Positions 58,935 to 64,000 of a stretch of 64,000 nt of DNA are shown here, one piece after another. Where the stretch lies: assembly GCA_963727895.1 (NCBI GenBank), contig CAVSHT010000003.1, positions 1-64,000 on the forward strand, written 5' to 3'. The translations under genes were made by a program, and so were the position numbers. The notes beneath the pieces were generated by a model. It had not been told where the DNA came from, made no database searches, and saw nothing but the letters and a program-made list of their open reading frames with translations. This stretch comes from an uncultured Methanosarcinaceae archaeon. GTDB taxonomy: Archaea; Halobacteriota; Methanosarcinia; Methanosarcinales; Methanosarcinaceae. The first letter of the stretch is position 1. The number at the start of each line of letters is the position of its first letter.

Positions 58935-59100
58935 ATTGGATACATTTATGTTCAGAATGTTAACTCTTGTGTTTTTTTCTCTTTTATCTGGAAGTTCTTT
59001 AACATAAAATAAAAAAGAATATAATGGCTCTGTAGAAGTCTTGGTTCCGTTGCAAAAATCTCAGAATAAAAATATAAATTATTACAGGATATGTGTGATA

Positions 59101-59202
59101 TCATAACTCCATGTTCAGTATATCTATAACTGGATCTTCTAGTTCTTCGAGTTCTTTAAGTTCTCTTTGAATATCTGCAGTAGTTATTTTCGAGTATCCC
59201 AT
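59101..59202 (-). CDS. Putative 33 aa micro-protein, second copy (in IS6-ended segment 59043-59320)
   Basis: MGYSKITTADIQRELKELEELEDPVIDILNMEL. Confidence 0.55.
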   Translation of the reverse strand: MGYSKITTADIQRELKELEELEDPVIDILNMEL

Positions 59203-59867
59203 ATGACTTAAAAAGCATCACTAGATTATAAATGTTGCTTTTTAAGAGAATATCTGCTTCAAAACCCGAGATTTTACTGAAAATTGTGAGAAAAAGGCAA
59301 CAAATTGACCAAAATGTTGTCTTCTTGAGTAAAAAAGTTTTACCTCAAAAACCTCTGTATCATAAATTAGAATTTACAGAACTTTTGATTACTGCCAATT
59401 CAAAACTATAGTTCTATATATTGGAGAAAATTATTGCATAACCATGCCCGACTTTTTTGAGAATTTTCTCTCTAATTTAAAAAGAAAAATTCCACTTTTG
59501 AATAAAGATTACGTAACTTCAGAATTCGTTCTTGGAGTATTGATGCACTTATTCCTTTTTATTTGCATTATTACCTTATTGTATTTACTATCAATACATT
59601 TGCAATTGTTATCTTCAACGTAGGCGTATGGTAGGGTCTCAAATCCTCTATAAAATTCACTCCATATTTTATGCATAGATTAAAACCCTTGCATAAGCGT
59701 GATTATTCCGTTCAAATTCTTTGTTATAATATTCACAGATATATAAACAAAAATCACAGGTTATGCTATAAAACCTATATATTCTTTCACTTCAGTTGCA
59801 ACATTTCTAATTCTAGAAAATACAAAATTATTTTAGGATAAAACAGTTTACAATTCAAAATTTAAAG

Positions 59868-60311
59868 TTAAAAAATACCTAGATCTTGTTCTTCTTCCCT
59901 CTTTTTTTCAGATGCAATTTCTTTTCTTAGGCTTTTTATGTTTTTATTAGCCCACTTATGTACATTATAATTTGTATGATTCAATATCTGCTCCATAATA
60001 TTAATTTGCTTTTCATAATATGGAATTACTGAGCCACTCCATGAAAAAGTACCTAAGTTTCGGTCTATTTCTAATAATACATCAGAACGGTAGCCAAAAT
60101 TATCAATTAATAATTTTGCAAGAGGATGTAATGACCAAGAACCTTTGTTTTTTGAAAAAATCGGCACCATTCTAGCAAGTAGAACTGGAGCTTTTTCAGA
60201 TTCTTTTCTACACCATAAAAGAGTAATTGAAAAGGCTAGAAACTTATTCCCGGAATCTGTTTCCGTAAATAAAAGTAAATACGGAAGGCATGAAACAAGA
60301 GTAATTTTCAA
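59868..60311 (-). pseudogene. C-terminal fragment of a larger hypothetical protein
   Basis: Protein-like helical sequence (FSWSGS..PYYE...VHKWA) lacking a credible start. Confidence 0.5.
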
Positions 60312-60480
60312 ATTTAGTCCTGGAAACGTACCAATGAAAAGGAACGGTACATTAAATCTAAATTTAAGCTAAATAAAATAGCAGCTGAACAGGGTAAATT
60401 TCTGTCGAAAAATCGGAAACTATTTTCTTATAGGATAGAACTATCCAGTACATTATTATAATTTTACTCGGCTAGTGTAG

Positions 60481-62391
60481 CTTGACATTGTCACATTAAC
60501 CCATTTTTGCATATATTACAGCCTATTTCCACCCAAATTCACATCATTTTGAAATTTATACCTTCCTATTTTTGTTTCTTCCATTTTTGTCGTAATCAAC
60601 AGTTTCATTATTTTCACTTTAGTGATTTTTTCCTTTCAAGATTGCATACTTACCAGTAACCAGAACAAGAATCTAATTTATCTACTCCTAAAAATTATGA
60701 ACGTCTTAACCTGCTAACTCTTGCCTTCCTTCTCAGATCATTATCTTTATTTAAAATTCTTGCAATTTCCCAAGCATCGATTCTTTTCAATGGATTATGG
60801 TACTTCAGTATCCATATAACTCCAGGAATTGAAATCTTACATATTTTTTTGAATTTTTTCTGATAAGAGAGTAAAATAAGCATCGCAAGCATTACCAATG
60901 CCATATGATGATGCCATGCATTCCAATTTATTACCATATATTCTGCCATTCCACAGTTTCCTTTTGCATCCTGAAATGCTCTCTCAATCCAATACCTTGA
61001 ACTTTGCATTTTTGCAAGTTCATCTAATGGAGTAGCCTCAGAAGCATTACATAGTGAATATTTAATTTCATTCGATTCTACATCTTTACTTATGAGAAGC
61101 CATAAAGGCTTCTCACAAGGTAAGTTATTCTGTCGTCTTCAAACCTTTATAGCCTTAAAATCAAATTGCGTGCGGCCACCCCACCCTAAAGGATGGGGTA
61201 TGCTTCGGGCCGCCCGCCCGGTTAATTGGAGACAGATGATTAAGCATCCTTTAACAAGGTTTCCTTACTATAAGTGATTGAAATTTTGACCTCGGTTTCC
61301 TATCCGATTTACTATCTACTTAATAGGAAGCTATGGTTTAGATATTCAAAGAGAAATAAGAAGAGGCGAGGGTCCACTTCATCCCCAATCTAAAGAATGG
61401 GGTATTCGTGACCCTCTGCGCTCCTGTTGTAATAAACTTTTTTGTACCCTTTTTTCGTTTTTCTAACATTGATAAGTTTCCATTCCTCTATTGAGCTGGA
61501 AAGAGAACCAATTCTTGTTGAGAATGTATTCAAAACCTTAGGTATAGTAGGGTTTCTTCCTCTTATTCCTTTTTTTTCAGGAATCCCAACTAATGGTTCA
61601 TCAATATAAACGAGAGTATCAACAGCTACATCTGCAACAAAAGTTAAGCCTCTACTTTTGAGTTCTGTCAATAGCTCAGGATTTTCACCGTAGAATCCAT
61701 CCATTATGACATAAGAAAAAAGAATACCTTCTTCTATTGCATTATCAATCATTTCAAGTCCAAGCTCATACTTGGTTCTAAATTTTATCTCCTCAAGAGG
61801 AACTTTAGCCTTTAAACAACGTGCTTCGTCGTCAATCCATTTTTGAGGGAGATATAATCTCCCATCAATCAACATTCTCTTCTTCTTTTTGAAATAAGCA
61901 AGGAATACACCAACCTGACAATTATCCTTTTTTCCAAGATTACCGCAATACTGATAAGAAACTCCAACCGAACTATTTCCAGATTTTTTTATGCTTGATT
62001 CGTCAAGTATAAGAACACCATTTTTGCCTATAGTTTGAATGGCTTTTGTTCGAACAGATTTGAGGAGATCTGCAGAACGCCAAGGAGAACTTGAGACAAA
62101 ATGGCTTAGTGATTGGTTGTTAGAATATTTACAACAGTAAATTGCCATTTTTCTCATATTTGTCCTATATGGAAGAAGCATCAAACCATTAAGGTAATCA
62201 ATACACGTTGAAACAACACAACGAGTTTTCGTTTGAAAATAGAAGTCAAGATGCTTTTCAGAAATGTATTTTTCTACAGAGATAATGTTTGACTTGATAA
62301 AGTCTCCTGTTATTTGTTTCACTATCTTAGATTCATACAAATAATATTATACTCCGCGGTAGGCGTAAAAAGGAAATGTGACAAAGTCAAG
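60481..62391 (-). mobile_element. IS701-family element; transposase (60695-62340) disrupted
   Basis: IRs CTTGACATTGTCACAT / ATGTGACAAAGTCAAG; LILDES..KSG..SVGV..QYCG.LGK..NCQVGV; RYWIERAFQDAK; W.AWHHHM. Confidence 0.92.
61161..61431. mobile_element. IS200/IS605-type non-autonomous element inserted in the IS701 transposase
   Basis: Two subterminal hairpins (CCCCACCCTAAAGGATGGGG; CCCCAATCTAAAGAATGGGG); no TSD; removing it restores KVYFKAIKV. Confidence 0.8.
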
Positions 62392-62957
62392 GTAAAGTAT
62401 ATTTATAAATATAGTTTTAATATAACTTTTTCTTTCCTTGTATTCTATTTTGATTGTACCATACCTATTGATTGGTACGGTAGGTACGATTTTAGGTTTA
62501 GAAACAGTTTGACTGTCTTCATGAGTTATATTTATTTAGCTTGATAGTATTTTTTGAGAATTAATTTCTATATTTTGAGCTACTTTATCAACTGCATCAG
62601 CAAACTTTTCAACACGTTCTGCGGTAGTATGACTTACGTTTTGTTGTTTAGCTATTTTATAGGCAGTAGGTTTTACCGCATATATTCCAAGCAGCACTTC
62701 ATACACTTTATAACTAAGTTGCACAATAAAGAACAGTGGTGAAACAATGACAGCACGTAGGCAAAAAGAAAAGGCGAGTAAAAAAGCTGCAGCTGACGCA
62801 GAAAGAAAAGTACAGAAGCGAATGGTCCAGACTCCACGTGTCTAAACCTATTAACCACATGCCTGTAAGCTAACGGAAACGGGTCATAGGATTAGGTGGA
62901 ATCTGATCTATTCACTTTCATCCAGGCAGCCAATAGGCGGAACTGTGCAGTATCGTG

Positions 62958-63045
62958 CTAGTGTCGCGTCAATTCTCAAAAATTCAACGATTACGAATAA
63001 ATACAATCGATTTTATACGGCATTTTGCTGTTGACCCGACACTAG
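62958..63045. mobile_element. 88 bp MITE
   Basis: IRs CTAGTGTCGCGTCAA / TTGACCCGACACTAG. Confidence 0.7.
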
Positions 63046-63048
63046 TAT

Positions 63049-64000
63049 CTATTTTTCGAAAGAAATTGTTAAATCTGTGAGTTCAGAGTTACTTCCAATT
63101 CTTATTGGTGGACCCCATGTGCCGAATCCAGAGGAAACAACTACCTGATATTCTTCTTTTCTCAAATAGCCCCAACTGTTTTCAAATATATGCTTGGCAA
63201 TCAAATTGTTGGGGAAAAATTGTCCGTTATGCGTATGCCCAGACAATTGTAAATCGATTCCATTTCGCTGTCCTTCCTTCAGATTAACGGGTTGGTGATC
63301 TAACAGAATAATCGGGAGATTGTTGTCGATACCATCTACAAGGCTAGATAGCTGAAGACGTGATTTTCCGAACATACGACCAGCTATGCGATCATCTCTA
63401 CCAATTATATAAAATTGATTATTTATTTTTATGCATTCATCAACCAGCACATTAATCCCAGCCTGATGCAAATATTTCACGGCTAGCTCACTATTGCCGC
63501 CAAGATATTCATGGTTTCCTAAAACTGCATATAAGCCGTACTTGGATCTGAGTTTTTTCAGTATTTCCGGCATTTTATTATTGGCAAACAATCTCACATC
63601 CTCGTCTATTGTATCCCCAACAAGAAAAACAATGTCTGGATCAAGTTCGTTGATTTTATTAACCATTGCATCAAGACGATTATTATCAACTACTAGCCCA
63701 AGATGTATGTCGGATACCATAACAGCATGAATTTCTGACAAATTTTGTACCTTTTTTTTAATGGTGATATCATAATGCACAACGTGTGGATGATTCGCAT
63801 TCCAGGTTCCATATATTAAAAGAAGAAAAACCAAGGATAAAACTAAAAATCCCCAGTAAAATGATGGATATTGAATAATCGGAGTCGTTGGGAATATGAG
63901 ATTAATTAAGTGATGAAGAATATCCGTACCGATCCATATCAAAAAAGAGTAGTAAACAGCAGCTAGCCAGTAATCGCCTGTTATAGAAATAAGATCATTA
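63049..64000 (-). CDS. Metallophosphoesterase (YkuE-like), 5' end beyond the window
   Basis: SDIHLG, GD, GNHE, LLDHQP, LSGHTHNGQ, GTWGPPIR; frame stays open to the window edge. Confidence 0.93.
   Translation of the reverse strand, partial: NDLISITGDYWLAAVYYSFLIWIGTDILHHLINLIFPTTPIIQYPSFYWGFLVLSLVFLLLIYGTWNANHPHVVHYDITIKKKVQNLSEIHAVMVSDIHLGLVVDNNRLDAMVNKINELDPDIVFLVGDTIDEDVRLFANNKMPEILKKLRSKYGLYAVLGNHEYLGGNSELAVKYLHQAGINVLVDECIKINNQFYIIGRDDRIAGRMFGKSRLQLSSLVDGIDNNLPIILLDHQPVNLKEGQRNGIDLQLSGHTHNGQFFPNNLIAKHIFENSWGYLRKEEYQVVVSSGFGTWGPPIRIGSNSELTDLTISFEK

Noticed and set aside
62536..62724. 62 aa minus-strand ORF with an HTH-like KIAKQQNVSHTTAERVEKFADAVD segment
   Set aside because: Probably a gene fragment with no credible start; too short to assign
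1..64000. CRISPR array suggested by recurring GGTTCCGTTGCAAAAA
   Set aside because: Spacing is irregular, both orientations occur and the motif is attached to transposase remnants; these are IS6 IRs, and no cas genes are present

Overview
An AT-rich, heavily decayed accessory island from a Methanosarcina-like archaeon. The taxon is inferred from MC1 chromatin protein, DUF1699, PGF-pre-PGF/PKD surface proteins and Methanosarcina-type IS elements. About 40 IS6-type termini (GGTTCYGTTGCAAA) are present, along with full or broken IS6, IS1, IS21, IS630, IS701 and ISAzo13 elements and at least six families of short non-autonomous elements (MITEs), some nested. Cargo includes six cell-surface protein genes (HAF, LRR, beta-propeller, NosD, IPT, PKD, PGF-pre-PGF) and a six-gene operon: class III binding protein, methyltransferase, radical SAM-binding-protein fusion, ABC permease, ATPase and ModD-like protein. 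It also includes a broken P-type H+-ATPase, a broken ClC channel, a HEPN-MNT toxin-antitoxin pair and MC1. Fragments of a plasmid-like integrative element occur in two or more copies: integrase, HTH, RHH-coiled-coil proteins with their own upstream repeats, and a duplicated 31 aa + 225 aa gene pair. The best candidates for something undescribed are the radical SAM-binding-protein/ModD operon, a promoter-bearing 30-33 aa micro-gene inside IS6-ended non-autonomous elements, and the RHH/iteron pairs. No CRISPR array, rRNA or tRNA was seen. All calls were made by eye, with no database searches.
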